Below, in pieces: positions 47,660 through 59,484 of a DNA stretch of 64,000 nt. Position 1 is the stretch's first letter; each line of letters opens with the position of its first letter. A program made the position numbers and the translations under genes. Source of the stretch: Nitrosopumilaceae archaeon (GTDB taxonomy: Archaea > Thermoproteota > Nitrososphaeria > Nitrososphaerales > Nitrosopumilaceae). The notes beneath the pieces are model-generated. The model had not been told where the DNA came from. It was given only the letters and a program-made list of their open reading frames with translations, and did no database searches. The stretch is taken from positions 160,001 through 224,000 of the forward strand of contig CBDATR010000024.1 in assembly GCA_965200155.1 (NCBI GenBank), given 5' to 3'.

Positions 47660-48347
47660 GAGAATAACAGAGGAATCAAGACAAAAGAGGTGTTGCCGCC
47701 ACCAACATCTCAAGACCTGAAACAAGACACGTACGAAGATTGTGAACCAGAGAACGGGAACGACTCGAGTAAAGATGGGCAGGCCCATGATACCAATCAC
47801 CGACACCCAGATACGAATGGTAACTGAAGCATACAGGAAGTATCCCATAGGAGTAGTACGTATTGCAAAGAGGCTTAGACAGAATTACAATATATCGCTC
47901 AGTATATCGCATAATGAAAAAGAACGGTACGACAGTCTCATCACCTGCAAAGTCAGAGTGTGTGCGCTATGAGCGTAAATATTCCAATGCAATGTGGCAC
48001 TGGCATGTCATGAAAAGATGAGCGCTTCGAGGGACTGAATCTCATAGATGATGCATCCAGGTGTATAGTCGGAGCGGCACTATTTGAGCATGCAACCTCA
48101 GAGAACGCCGCTCTATTACTGAGACTGGCAATGAAACGATTCGGCGCCCCTGCATCTCGGATAACGGCGCGTGTTTCGTAGGGAAATAAAAGGGCAAAAA
48201 GAACTGGAAACCCACTATTCTAGGAAGAACTGCTGAATCAAGACATCGTACTAATCAATTCTAGACCATACCACCCGCAGACAAATGGCAAACTGGAGCG
48301 CTTCCATGGAATGATTGAGGACGAGATATGGCATTATGACAGTCTCC

Positions 48348-48439
48348 GTATGAGTTCACGTCTTCCGGAATCTTATGCACAAATCACATTAACTGTCGCG
48401 ATCAGTTATGCGTAAATTTAGACACAGGTGAACTCATAC
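48348..48439 (+). mobile_element. MITE inserted in IS481
   Basis: 8-bp TSD CAGTCTCC. Confidence 0.95.
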
Positions 48440-48617
48440 CAGTCTCCGGGATTATGTTGACTACTACAATGAGAGAAGATTGCACTTCTCACTGGATAGA
48501 TAACGGCGAAACGCCGCTTCAGGAATAAAAAGGCGACCCAGACAATTAGGGCAAATGATGCAAAATGGATGGAGCGGGATGCCAATGACTAGCGGACCGA
48601 CTTTTCATACATTACAA

Positions 48618-49013
48618 CTAAACCTTGGAGAGATGTATATGTACAATCTTCCATGTGTCTTTTCTTATCAGAACAAAGGTGGCCCTACCATCTATGGTTA
48701 TGTACTCGCCGGTGTAATTCTTGTTATCCACCAACATGCCCTTCTGCCTCAATTGTGTAGCGACTATTGCCGTATCCCCAAATATACTGACCTTTGGATT
48801 AATCAACGAATAGTCATAATCAGATATGCTGACAAAACGGAGCTCCTCTAGCATTAGCGTAGTGGTAAAGTCCTTCATGTCGTACGGCGGAACATCACTA
48901 AAGCTGGTGAACCGTGAGTCGTTTAGTTGTAGCGATTTGAGCATGGCAATATTTTTCGATACGCCAACATCAAAGAACGACTCCACTATCTCCAGCACAG
49001 CAGCCTCCGACAT
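48618..49013 (-). CDS. SnoaL/NTF2-like protein
   Basis: KVSIFGDTAIV, GRATFVL...WKIVHIHLS. Confidence 0.85.
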   Translation of the reverse strand: MSEAAVLEIVESFFDVGVSKNIAMLKSLQLNDSRFTSFSDVPPYDMKDFTTTLMLEELRFVSISDYDYSLINPKVSIFGDTAIVATQLRQKGMLVDNKNYTGEYITIDGRATFVLIRKDTWKIVHIHLSKV

Positions 49014-49085
49014 GCTAGGAAATTGGTATAAGGGGGTTTTTGTGTTTTCTGTTTGCTAGAAACGTAATCGATTAGGACGCTCAAG

Positions 49086-50647
49086 TATAGCACTCACCAT
49101 AAGTCTTTGTAGGGTATGAGACCGTACTTATATATAACTACTACTAGAGTAAAACCATAAATAACATAATTCAGACCGTCATTATACCGTTGAAGAGTGA
49201 TAGAGAGTTCTCCCTGCGCGCCAAGATGTTTGGTTACACATCCGATTATGTCTAATAGAGCGGTGTCCGAGATCACGCTGGGTGGTTACTACATACCCGG
49301 AACCACTCTTGAATTGAAGCATGATCCGGCCAAGGTCAAGAATAAGAACGAGTCCGCCAAGTCACCATATGGCCTAAAGAAGGGTGTGATTCATTATACG
49401 TGAATCAGCTACCGCGTTCTAGAACGGCTATCAGGGGACGGTTTACCCGTCCAACAAGAATTGTTTGTTCCTGGAATTGACAAAGTGGCGCCGTGATATT
49501 GAATGGGTGCGTGAGTTACAAGCTAACTATGGCTGGGGTGCCATACTACAGGCGTCTGTCGCGTGCAGGCGCGCGTACGAGGATCATTCTAATTACATAC
49601 CACACCGGCGTGACAGATCATACTATCATGTGTAAGACCACCAATCCGCCGCGGTGAGTTAGAGTTGAACCTGTGCGGTTTTGGTGTGGTGAGAACAACC
49701 AAACCAATCGATCATTCTTGGGACATGCGCTCATTCTAGTGGAACAAGTAACCAATAGTAGGGAGCGTCAATTCGAGATTCACATCAATATACGGGAGAA
49801 ACCATCGACCGGCGTTGTTTGCGGCGCGGATGTCAGCGGGAAACATCTAGCTGTAACAGCTGACACCAACGGGAACACGATGATCCATAACATGAGACAT
49901 CGTTCCATATTACGGGAGATTAGCGCACTCCAGAGTATTAGAACGCGAAGGGGTAAGCGCAGGAAGCGAAAGATTGAGAAGAAAATCATTCAACTACGAG
50001 AGAGAGCGAATAATATCGCGAACGACTCCATGAATAGAGTAGTCCGCGCGGTCACCGAAGGTGCAGGCAAGGTAGTACTAGAGGATTTATCACCGAAAGC
50101 AATGACCAGTCATGGCGGGAACTGGAAAAGAACAATGAACGTATGAGTTCACCTGTGTCTAAATTTACGCACAACTGATGGAACAGGTTGTTCTAGTTAA
50201 TGTGATTTGTGCACAAGATTCCGGAAGACGTGAACTCATACCAATGAACCGCTCCATGCGCGAGAACCGGGTAGGCTAGTTCCGCCGGAAAGTAGTACAA
50301 AAGTGCGAGGCACTAGGAATTGAATTGGCGGCTGTGCCAGCGAGATACACGAGGGGGCGATTTACCCGCCCAACGAGCCAGACCTATCACGTGTGTGGAC
50401 ACGTTGACAACAAATCACGATCAACTAGGGACACATTCAATATGTAACCAGGAATTTCACGCCGATATCAACGCGGCGTTTAGTAACCGGTTTCCCTGTA
50501 GGAGTGGCAGAGCGTGTCGTCCGGGGGTGGGGAACCATTTCCCGACCAACCGGAGGCGTCAGGGCGGGAATAATGGTGACAAGCCAAAGCCAGGTACTGT
50601 CCAGGAACGAGGTGCCATGTTCTCAAAGACTTATGGTGACCGCTATA
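49086..50647 (+). mobile_element. tnpB: TIR-bounded TnpB-only element, copy D (pseudogene)
   Basis: TATAGCACTCACCATAAGTCTTTG ... CAAAGACTTATGGTGACCGCTATA; same RuvC/Zn motifs as copy A. Confidence 0.88.
50141..50241 (-). mobile_element. MITE variant inserted in tnpB
   Basis: 8-bp TSD CAATGAAC; centre GGAACAGGTTGTTCT. Confidence 0.95.
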
Positions 50648-50650
50648 GTG

Positions 50651-52138
50651 TCAACCCTCAATACAGTCCATTCCAAACTCGCTACAGAGAATTAGGTGTA
50701 TATCCTCGATAACCTTGCCCTGCTTGAATGGTGTTATAAAGTCCACATCTATATTGTATAATAGTAATGCCTTCTCCCGCTCAAGACCAAGATCTATGTA
50801 ATAATCCATGGCAACTCCATTACAGTTAATCGTGCAACTATTCAGGTATGACAGCGTTTGCCAGAAGGGATCACTTACATACAGGTCCAAGTCAAGCACG
50901 TTCCCGGATTTTATGGCTTGCCTACTTGCTTCGAATAGTTGATCAACTCTGTACAGGTTATCCGGGCCACCAACCATTTCTGCCAATGCATCATCTATGG
51001 ATGACACAGAATCAAGTTTTTCGTATTGGGCTTCATACTTTTTGATCAAGTACTTGAAGTATAGTGTCTCGGCTTTTGTGTCATATGAAACAGAATCATC
51101 TAACAGTTCTGCCTTCTTGGCTACATGGGCAACAACGCAATCAGAGAATGGCATCCCGCCAAGAAAGTCATACCAGAACTGACTCATTACTTCTGCATGT
51201 TGATCTTGAATCATTTCAAGAGAAGATCCTGGCGGCGGAGGAGTGTAGGAATTGACATTGGTAAAATCGCCGTCTAGCAGAGGCGGGTTGTAGGGACTTG
51301 TGCAAGTGGGCGGATCCACTGTGAAGGAAGACTGCGCAAGTACCACATCAAGATCTGACACACTTGTAACAAAAGCAGTGTAATCACCATCATTCAGTGG
51401 CGACGTTACAGTGATGGTATTATTGATTGAAGATTGGGGAAGTACAGTCTGACTACCATCAGACTGTATGAACGTGTAGAAGGGGCCAATATCTGAAGTA
51501 TCCCAAGACAATGTCACCATTTCGATGCCTGTATCGGTGTAATCAACACTGCTATTAACAACAGGAACACTGGCAATATTTGTAAATACACCGTCGGTTT
51601 GTGGTACTGATCTCATTATATCAAAAGTAGTAATTGCGTATAGATTATTGTCGATGGCCCCTATCAGATATGCAGTATAGGAACCAATATCCAGTGGATC
51701 GCTTATGATAGCAGACGTGTCTGTACCTACCTCCAAAAGCATAACGTTGTTGTTGCCGGAATCCCTGATCTGAATCTCAAACGGGCCCGCATCAACAGTA
51801 TTCCAGGATAGAACCACAATCCCATTCGCATCGGGATCATATACGACAATACTGTTTGCTACATTATCTGAGAATGATGTAGATTCCTGGTATTCAACAT
51901 ATACTCCAGATATCTCGTTGTTTATGCGATCCATATATTTTTCGCAATCGGCGGTCTGGAAGTTGTTAGCCTTGCACGTGTTAAAATGGGCTGTGCTCTC
52001 CCTTTGTATATTATCTGCATATAACACATCCTCACCAATGGCTATACCCAAAAGCGCTATCACCACTAAGCTAGCAGATACAACAACCATCGAGTATCCT
52101 ACCTTCGCGTGGTTGCGCGGTGACTTCATTGGCGTCAA
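50651..52138 (-). CDS. Membrane-anchored extracellular protein with two related beta-sandwich repeats
   Basis: N-terminal TM; VLSWNT..GPF..PL..GSYTAY and VTLSWDT..GPF..PL..GDYTAF. Confidence 0.75.
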   Translation of the reverse strand: MTPMKSPRNHAKVGYSMVVVSASLVVIALLGIAIGEDVLYADNIQRESTAHFNTCKANNFQTADCEKYMDRINNEISGVYVEYQESTSFSDNVANSIVVYDPDANGIVVLSWNTVDAGPFEIQIRDSGNNNVMLLEVGTDTSAIISDPLDIGSYTAYLIGAIDNNLYAITTFDIMRSVPQTDGVFTNIASVPVVNSSVDYTDTGIEMVTLSWDTSDIGPFYTFIQSDGSQTVLPQSSINNTITVTSPLNDGDYTAFVTSVSDLDVVLAQSSFTVDPPTCTSPYNPPLLDGDFTNVNSYTPPPPGSSLEMIQDQHAEVMSQFWYDFLGGMPFSDCVVAHVAKKAELLDDSVSYDTKAETLYFKYLIKKYEAQYEKLDSVSSIDDALAEMVGGPDNLYRVDQLFEASRQAIKSGNVLDLDLYVSDPFWQTLSYLNSCTINCNGVAMDYYIDLGLEREKALLLYNIDVDFITPFKQGKVIEDIHLILCSEFGMDCIEG

Positions 52139-52149
52139 TCGCTAATTCA

Positions 52150-52500
52150 CAAGATTTAATCCTTTCATGTCAGATCACGAATAGTTGCCAAGTTTCATGT
52201 ACCCTAACATTGGACCTGGCACGCTTCACATACAAGGACCACATAGTCTCAACCGCAAGACTCGGTTTACAGGAAGCTACGTACTGGACTTACCGCCCAG
52301 CAAGGATGAACATGACTTTGGCTTGTCACCATTCACATTAGCGCTACGGGACTACCCGTCCGGGCAGGGAATCGGGTGTAGCCGAATTTGACACTAGTAT
52401 ATGCGACTGTTTTATCACACATTGCAAGTATTGCGTCGCGACAGAGCAAGAGCGGCATGCACTGATCCTCCGCAGGTACTGACTGCAATGATTATCCAAG
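52150..52500 (-). mobile_element. Decayed 3' end of a related tnpB element
   Basis: Shares AATGGTGACAAGCCAAAG.CATGT with the 3' non-coding part of copies A-D; Cys-rich remnant upstream. Confidence 0.45.
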
Positions 52501-52731
52501 TTCGCCAATACACAAATTTGCGCAAAGCTGATCGCCATTAGCCCGATTTGAACACAATGGACATTATGCAAATAGGTCTTCAAAGCAACGGAGTTCAAAA
52601 TGATCACGTATAAAAAATCCACCACTATCGTGGATTTCCTGACCTTTATGCATAATCTCTAATGATTAAAGGAGGCGTACACATCCATTGTTGCACCAAA
52701 AATTAAAAGATACGTCTTACGCCATTAGCTT

Positions 52732-53262
52732 GTGAGGGGATTAATAGTGGGAAGATTCCAGCCTTTCCACCTAGGCCATCTGGAGTTAGTATACCAAACT
52801 CTTCGGGAATGTGACGAAGCAATAATTGCCGTAACAGGCTCCCAGTTTAATTATATTGACAAGAATCCATTTACTGCGGGGGAGCGAATAGACATGATAT
52901 ATGAATCCCTGCGCGATACAGAGATAGACCCAAATAGATACATGGTTTTGGGGATTGAGAATCAAAATAATGTTGCGGTTTGGGTTTCATACCTAAGAGC
53001 CGCATTACCAAAGTTTGACAGGATATACAGCGGGAATTCTTATGTATCCATGTTGTTGGCAGGGTCATACATACCAACAATACCGCCAGACTTTGTCAGG
53101 AGGGAATCTCTTAACGCAACTGCAATTAGGAATAAAATACGCGAGGGCGATAAGTGGCAATCTTTGGTGCCAGACGCGGTTGTCCGCCATCTAGAACGCA
53201 TAGGCGGTGTGGAAAGGATAAAGACCATTGGAAGCTCAGACACGGATCCTACCCGATGCTGA
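52732..53262 (+). CDS. nadM: Nicotinamide-nucleotide adenylyltransferase
   Basis: GRFQPFHLGH, GSQ, NPFTAGER, NATAIR. Confidence 0.96.
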   Translation: MRGLIVGRFQPFHLGHLELVYQTLRECDEAIIAVTGSQFNYIDKNPFTAGERIDMIYESLRDTEIDPNRYMVLGIENQNNVAVWVSYLRAALPKFDRIYSGNSYVSMLLAGSYIPTIPPDFVRRESLNATAIRNKIREGDKWQSLVPDAVVRHLERIGGVERIKTIGSSDTDPTRC

Positions 53263-53379
53263 ATGAATGCACATCGCTCATGTCCAATCTGTGTCTGTGG
53301 ATCAAAGAAATTTCGCAGACTTGACACTAAATCACTAAGACTGCAATGCATTGTCTGTGGTAACGAATTTAGCTTGTGA
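53263..53379 (+). CDS. Small zinc-ribbon protein (38 aa)
   Basis: ATG directly after the nadM stop; CPICVCGS..QCIVCGNEF. Confidence 0.55.
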   Translation: MNAHRSCPICVCGSKKFRRLDTKSLRLQCIVCGNEFSL

Positions 53380-53380
53380 C

Positions 53381-54332
53381 TCAATAGTACGAAAAGTAAG
53401 TCCGCTTAGGATCCGGCGTACAGTAGCTCAGATTGCACAAGCCAGATGGTAAAGAGAATAACAGATAAATCAAGACAAGAGGTGTTGCCACAACCAACAT
53501 AGCTCAAGACCTGAAACAAGACACGTACGAAGATTGTGAACCAGATAACGGGAACGACTCGAGTAAAGATGGGTAGGCCCATGATACCAATCACCGCCAC
53601 CAAGATACGAATGGTAATTGAAGCATACAGCAAGGACCCCGCCGGAGTAGTACGTATTGCAAATAGACTTAGACATACATATCGCGCAGTATATCGCATA
53701 ATGAAAAAGAACGGCACGACAGTCTCATCACCTGCAAAGTCAGAGTGGGTACGCTATGAGCATAAATATTCCAATGCAATGTGGCACTGGCATGTCATGA
53801 AAAGATGAGCGCTTCAGGGGACTGAATCTCATAGATGATGCATCCAGGTGCATAGTCGGAGCGGCACTATTCTAGCATGCAGCCTCAGAGAACGCCGCTC
53901 TATTACTGAGACTGGCGATAAAGAGATTCGGCGCCCCTGCATCTCGGATAACGGCGCGTGTTTCGTAGGACAATAAAAGGGCAAAAAGAACTGGAAACCC
54001 ACTATTCTAGGAAGAACTGCTGAATCAAGACATCATACTAATCAATTCCAGACCATACCACCCGCAGACAAATGGCAAACTGGAGCGCTTCCATGGAATG
54101 ATTGAGGACGAGGGGACTCTTATTTAAGAGTCCAATGAGATATGGCATTATGACAGTCTCCGGGATTATATAGACTGCTACAATGAGAGAAGGTTGCACT
54201 TCTCACTGGATATAGATAACGGCGAGACACCACTCCAGGAATAAAAAGGCGATCCAGACAATTAGGGCAAATGATGCAAAATGGATGGAGCGAGATGCCA
54301 ATGACTAGCGGACCGACTTTTCATATATTACA
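53381..54332 (+). mobile_element. IS481-family element, copy 5
   Basis: Homologous to copy 1; carries the 27-bp hairpin insert. Confidence 0.88.
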
Positions 54333-54500
54333 ACCACACCAAAACAGCACAGGCCCAACTAGAACTCACCACGACGGATTGGTGGTCTTACACGTGATAG
54401 TATGTTTATGTTATTTTCACGCCGGTGTAGTATGTCATTGGAATGATCCTCGTACGCCCGCCTACACGCGACAGACGCTTGTATATGGCACCCAGATCAC
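54333..54500 (-). mobile_element. TnpB element internal 5'-side remnant
   Basis: Reverse complement of ~49540-49690, resuming exactly at ACCACAC. Confidence 0.8.
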
Positions 54501-54836
54501 AAATTGCTTGTAGTGGGAGTATGTGTCTAAACTTGAATGTGATGGATAGCAACGATTAGTATGATTTAGACACGTAATTGAAGACGTAAACTCATACTGG
54601 TATTGCACATTTTATGAGTCGTCCTCTTTTGGTATTGATCCCTTTTAAACCAGTAACAAAAACTTATGGTATTCACTATGATGTCTCTGATAATTCAGAT
54701 GTAACCATTTAGCTTGCGTTAACATCTAAACAATAAATCATAGACGTATGTGAGACATTATGAAAAAGAATGGGGCATGCTAGCGGTGTATTTTAGACGG
54801 TTATCAAGGGGTGACCCAAACTGTTACAGTTCAATC

Positions 54837-54928
54837 GTATGAGTTCACGTCTTCCGGAATCTTGTGCACAAATCACATTAACTGTCACGATCAGTTATGC
54901 GTAAATTTAGACACAGGTGAACTCATAC
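54837..54928 (+). mobile_element. MITE
   Basis: 8-bp TSD GTTCAATC. Confidence 0.95.
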
Positions 54929-55149
54929 GTTCAATCTGTCCTGCATCATTAGACAACAATTTATGGCGCATCAGCGTAGCTACATAATGAACTGTAATGC
55001 ATGCCATCACACCTACGCCGCTCATGTACAAGACCACGGTTCCGCTTCCATACTAAAACTAGGTCGGTGTAACATACCCGGTTGTTCTTGTGATCAGTTT
55101 CAAGAATCTATACGTAAAATAGATGAGGAGTTGGATTAACTGTTCATGG

Positions 55150-55255
55150 CATTGTCTTGATTCTTCTTTTCACCTATGCCCTTTCGTGGCTTGTGCAGCC
55201 TGAAATAGCCCGTGATGGTACGCCGGATCCTGAGTGCTCTTTTCGTACCATTGAC
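55150..55255 (-). mobile_element. Decayed IS481 left-end fragment
   Basis: Reverse complement reads TCAATGGTACGAAAAG..GGATCCGGCGTAC..GCACAAGCCACGAAAGG. Confidence 0.65.
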
Positions 55256-55278
55256 TTGACTATGACGTACCTGTGACA

Positions 55279-55596
55279 TCAATTGCATGATGGCTTCAAC
55301 GCAGTAATAACACGATCTGTTATGCGCCTTCTCTCGTACTCATCAGACTCAAACATGGGTAGTATTGCCAGATAGAGATTCTGCTCAGAGCCTGCCATAC
55401 TAATCCAGCACTTGAAGGAGTCCATAGACGTAAAAAACGCACGATCATGTGTTTGTTCGCATACTCCTGCATATGTGGGCCTGAACTGATCCTTGTCTCT
55501 TGATAATATTATGTAGACCACTTTCTCCATAGGTGGTCCCCAATCATCTAGTGGTACCGGGCCCAAGAACTCGTAGTGAAGTATTTGTATGCTCAT
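55279..55596 (-). CDS. Conserved hypothetical protein
   Basis: YEFLGP..L..WGPPM..VVYIIL; 105 aa. Confidence 0.72.
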   Translation of the reverse strand: MSIQILHYEFLGPVPLDDWGPPMEKVVYIILSRDKDQFRPTYAGVCEQTHDRAFFTSMDSFKCWISMAGSEQNLYLAILPMFESDEYERRRITDRVITALKPSCN

Positions 55597-55771
55597 AGTA
55601 TGGTGTAATATGCGCGCCTTTTTTCCTTTGCGTATGGAAAGAACTCCTCAATAGTACGTAAAGTTAAGCATAGCTGAGATCGCGCCAATTTTCCCTAGTC
55701 ATAGCTTTTCGTATGATTATGGTGAAAAATATATCTCAAGCACGTAAGATACAATAATTAAAAATTAAAAA

Positions 55772-58105
55772 TTAGTTAACTGAGTTGGTTGTTAACGAAT
55801 ATGAGCCGGTGTTTCTCCAGCCGTCTTCGGTTACCTCCCAGATACTATAGTCTCTGGGACGAAGGTCGCCATCTTCATTTAATGCTGTACTTCCTATAGC
55901 TCCTACATAGTTCTCTGCCAAATCAATGAATACGCTCTTTAGTGAACCTGCATCAGTGGCACCAGTCTGTAATATTGACATGCCTACCAACCAAGATATA
56001 TCATATGCATTGTTAACATATGTTATGGGCACCTCACCTAGCTTATCCACGAAGTACTGCTGAACCCTAGTGTGTTTGTTATTATCCGGTTCAATTATTT
56101 GCAACGCCGTCAAGTTGGTTTCTGTTACAATCTCGCTCGCAATTGGATCATTCAAAATGTTGGTCTTTTTGGCCAGTGTCTCGGCTCCGAACCACTGAAC
56201 TTGATTTAGCACGTCATAGTTACTGGCTGTCTGCAATATTTGTATGGACTCGTCAAACGCAACAAGGAACACGGCTACATTCTCAGCACCATGCTCGTTC
56301 ACTGCACTCTGCACATCATCGGCTAGCGCCTGTACAGATACACTAAATTCCACTAGGTCTGGGTTGTATCGCACACCTTCGTAGGAAACTTTACCGCTGT
56401 TCTCAAAGTTGGCTTTGGTGGCCTCAACTAGTTGGTCACCATAGTCATCTCCTCTCCATATGGAAACAAACGCCTCAATATCGCGGTCCACAAGCAATCC
56501 ACTTACTGCGCTTGCCTGATAGACGTCATCTGACGCAAGTCTGAATATACTGTCATTCGGAATCGCCAAATTGGACGCAGTTGAGCAGCAGCTGATGAGC
56601 ATCATGTCATTTGTGTCTGCATATGCCTTTGCGTTGGTGACTGTGGAACTTATTCTAGGTCCAATTACAACATCTATTCCTCTTGAATAGAGTGTCTGAA
56701 CTTTTTCTAGCGCTACCGAAGGATTAGTGGCCGAATCTTCTGAAACTATAACCATATTCCATCCTGCATCTATGCGATCAAGAATCCGATTAAAGTCATC
56801 AGCGCCTAATTGTGTAGCGTCTCGTGTATCATACCCTGTGGAGTCTTGACGACCAGTAAGTGGGTATAGAGATCCTATCATCACATCACCTTCCGGCTGA
56901 TTTGAAGCTAGTACAATATCTAGCTCACCTACGTATTTTGATACTACAGTCCATGAACCATCTACTATGCTAAGTATATCATAGTCCACTCTTGCAATAT
57001 CACCGTTCGCATTTAGCGCAATGTCTGTCATGGCACCACTATAATCACTGGCGATTATGGGAATATACTCTTTGATGGCATCCGCATCAGTACTACCTGC
57101 TGCTTCAATGGCCGAGCCTATTACCCATACAGTATCGTACAATTGAAGATCGTATGGTGTTGGTGTGCCGCCTTGCTCAACAATGCGTTGGTTCAAGTCA
57201 TTAGCTCTTGGACCTTCACTTTGTATGAATTGTATGCCGGTTAGGTCTACGTCATTCACGAATGCAGAGGTACGATCCTCGGTTAGGTGCGCATCTCCAA
57301 CTAGACTACTTGAAGTAAACCATTGTACCTCCTTGAGTGTAGAATATCTATCTGCGGCTTGGAATAATTGCAAGCCATCGCCCTCAAGGGCAGCCACAAA
57401 GACTGCCACTTTGTCTGCTCCGTACGTCTCTATTGTGCTGCTGACATAGGCGTTTAGATGATCGGCCTCTTGCGAAAAGTCTGTATCAAGAGGGTTATAT
57501 CTTAGACCGGTCTGTACAAATCCGCCATAGTTCGTGCTAAACTCTGTGGAAAGGGAAACTATAAGATCATCACCGTAAGTGTCTGCTCTCCACACTGGCA
57601 CAATTGCCTCGATACCATTTTCGCTTAATATCCTAGCTACTACTTGTCCCTGATTTTCGTCGCTGGCTTCAAGCCGGAATATGTTATCTCCCGGTATGGC
57701 CATACTCGCTGCTGTGGATGTTGGTGATACCATAATAACACCATTCTCGTCTGCAAAGCTCTTGAGCAGAGACACCTCTGCGCTTGTGAATGGCCCAACA
57801 GTTGCTGTGATTCCCCTTGCATGTAATGACTCAAGTCCACTTTGTGAACGTGCATTATCACTCTCTGTATCAATAATTACTATTTCAAGAGACCATCCCG
57901 CTCCGCTCTCGGCCAGATAGGCATTGAAATCTTCTACTGCCAGATCTGATACAACTTGGATGTTTTCAAGCTGTTCTACTTCTCCTGAAAGTGGATACAA
58001 TCCGCCTATTTCCACTGTGCCAGTAAGCTGAGCTGATGCCACATTTGGCACCATAGCTACCAACACTGCCATGGAAGTTATCATCAAAATACTTCTTACT
58101 TTCAT
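55772..58105 (-). CDS. Tandem double-domain branched-chain amino acid (LivK-type) ABC substrate-binding protein
   Basis: Signal peptide MKVRSIL; two homologous halves (IG.LYPL.G, D.IFRL.., WR.D.YG, YD..W); upstream ORF extension runs into IS5 and is discounted. Confidence 0.9.
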   Translation of the reverse strand: MKVRSILMITSMAVLVAMVPNVASAQLTGTVEIGGLYPLSGEVEQLENIQVVSDLAVEDFNAYLAESGAGWSLEIVIIDTESDNARSQSGLESLHARGITATVGPFTSAEVSLLKSFADENGVIMVSPTSTAASMAIPGDNIFRLEASDENQGQVVARILSENGIEAIVPVWRADTYGDDLIVSLSTEFSTNYGGFVQTGLRYNPLDTDFSQEADHLNAYVSSTIETYGADKVAVFVAALEGDGLQLFQAADRYSTLKEVQWFTSSSLVGDAHLTEDRTSAFVNDVDLTGIQFIQSEGPRANDLNQRIVEQGGTPTPYDLQLYDTVWVIGSAIEAAGSTDADAIKEYIPIIASDYSGAMTDIALNANGDIARVDYDILSIVDGSWTVVSKYVGELDIVLASNQPEGDVMIGSLYPLTGRQDSTGYDTRDATQLGADDFNRILDRIDAGWNMVIVSEDSATNPSVALEKVQTLYSRGIDVVIGPRISSTVTNAKAYADTNDMMLISCCSTASNLAIPNDSIFRLASDDVYQASAVSGLLVDRDIEAFVSIWRGDDYGDQLVEATKANFENSGKVSYEGVRYNPDLVEFSVSVQALADDVQSAVNEHGAENVAVFLVAFDESIQILQTASNYDVLNQVQWFGAETLAKKTNILNDPIASEIVTETNLTALQIIEPDNNKHTRVQQYFVDKLGEVPITYVNNAYDISWLVGMSILQTGATDAGSLKSVFIDLAENYVGAIGSTALNEDGDLRPRDYSIWEVTEDGWRNTGSYSLTTNSVN

Positions 58106-58152
58106 TTGTGTTATATGCCAATATTTAACTATAAAAATGATTAGTATAACAG

Positions 58153-59333
58153 AGTTTGTTGCATAACTGACTTTGACAGAATACCGGTTCCCCATGTCGT
58201 AATCTACGTTGCTGCCGCGTCCACCCACTCGTTGTACTCGTATGTTATCCCATTTCCGCGCCATCAATCCGTGCCCGAATAATCGTTTGAACGGGAACCG
58301 GCTCTGATTATCTCGATTATCCATCGCCTGTTGTACCCTTTTGCCGCCTTCTAGTACTGCTTGTTTTCGGCCTTTTCCTCATCAGAAAGGCGGAAAATGG
58401 GCGATTCCGGGCTTCCTCCAAGACTGCAAGTCCCCATGAGTCGCCTCTCCTTTGGTGGAATTTAGCTGAAGTGGAATGGTTGTCCGGATTCGATTATCAC
58501 TGCACAATTTCATGTTATCCCTGGACGCGTATGCGCCATCTGCAAGCAACTCGAGGTTGCATGCGCGCTTCTCATCATTATTCAGTAAGAGGGACACACC
58601 GTTAGTCAGCGCCTTTCCGGGTTGTGGCTTATCTGTTGGTCCTGCCAGGGATGGCAACTGTTGCAATGGGTCCGGAACTTTCCAATTCCAGGGTGTGCTC
58701 CCTGTCCAGTTGTGGCTCTTCTGCATACGAGTCCAGTACTGCATTGTTTAACATGCGCGTATCCCCAACCCACTCGCCGGTAACCGTAAATGCATATGCT
58801 CTCCCAGTCCGCGAGCATTGATGAATCCGCGTCTCTTTTTCCATTTGGTTCTAATCCACTCGCCACGATTCAAGGCCGGTCGAGTCCACAATCATTGGCC
58901 CTCGTCAGCTTTTTGTCTGTGCCGACAATCATGCCATTCCCCTTGTTAATGTCAAGATCTTTTACGCGTCTGTATATTGTGGAGTAGTGCGGGGTTTGAT
59001 GCCCTTCCAGTAGTCCTGCAAGGAATCCGGATACCTGCCTGTATCTCACACCTAATGCCGTTCTCAGTGTCATGTAACATGTCCACGACATACCGGTAGG
59101 GAGCACCCTCCTTGTTATGGTTAGCCTTTTCAATCCCATGCATGATCAAAGCCAAATAGCCTCCCGCTGGACGTACTTGGAATTGTCGGTGAATACCATC
59201 AAGTTTGTTTAAAAAGTCTCAGCTATTAATGCTTGGATCCAATCTAGTAATCACTGACAGAATGAACGAAAATACTCAAACCGTTCCTCACATACATTTT
59301 TAATCTAACTTGTTTGGAGTTATGCAACAAACT
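58153..59333 (-). mobile_element. IS5-family (IS903 group) element, transposase pseudogene
   Basis: Perfect 16-bp TIR AGTTTGTTGCATAACT; YRQVSGFL..PHYSTIYRRV, LADGAY, KRLFG fragments. Confidence 0.88.
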
Positions 59334-59339
59334 ATCATT

Positions 59340-59438
59340 GTATGAGTTCACCTGTGTCTAAATTTACGCACAACTGATCGCGACAGTTAAAGAATCGGTT
59401 CTTTTGTGCACAAGATTCCGGAAGACGTGAACTCATAC
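59340..59438 (-). mobile_element. MITE variant
   Basis: 8-bp TSD CTATCATT; internal AGAATCGGTTCT. Confidence 0.95.
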
Positions 59439-59484
59439 CTATCATTTGCACAACTGATAAATAATATCAATAGTAAAGTTCAAG

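Larger units (their letters stand above)
47511..48616 (+). mobile_element. IS481-family element, copy 4
   Basis: Homologous to copy 1; carries repeat-spacer-repeat insert and MITE. Confidence 0.88.

Noticed and set aside
58106-58324. N-terminal extension of the 850-aa ORF
   Set aside because: Derives from the IS5 transposase tail; the signal peptide starts at 58105
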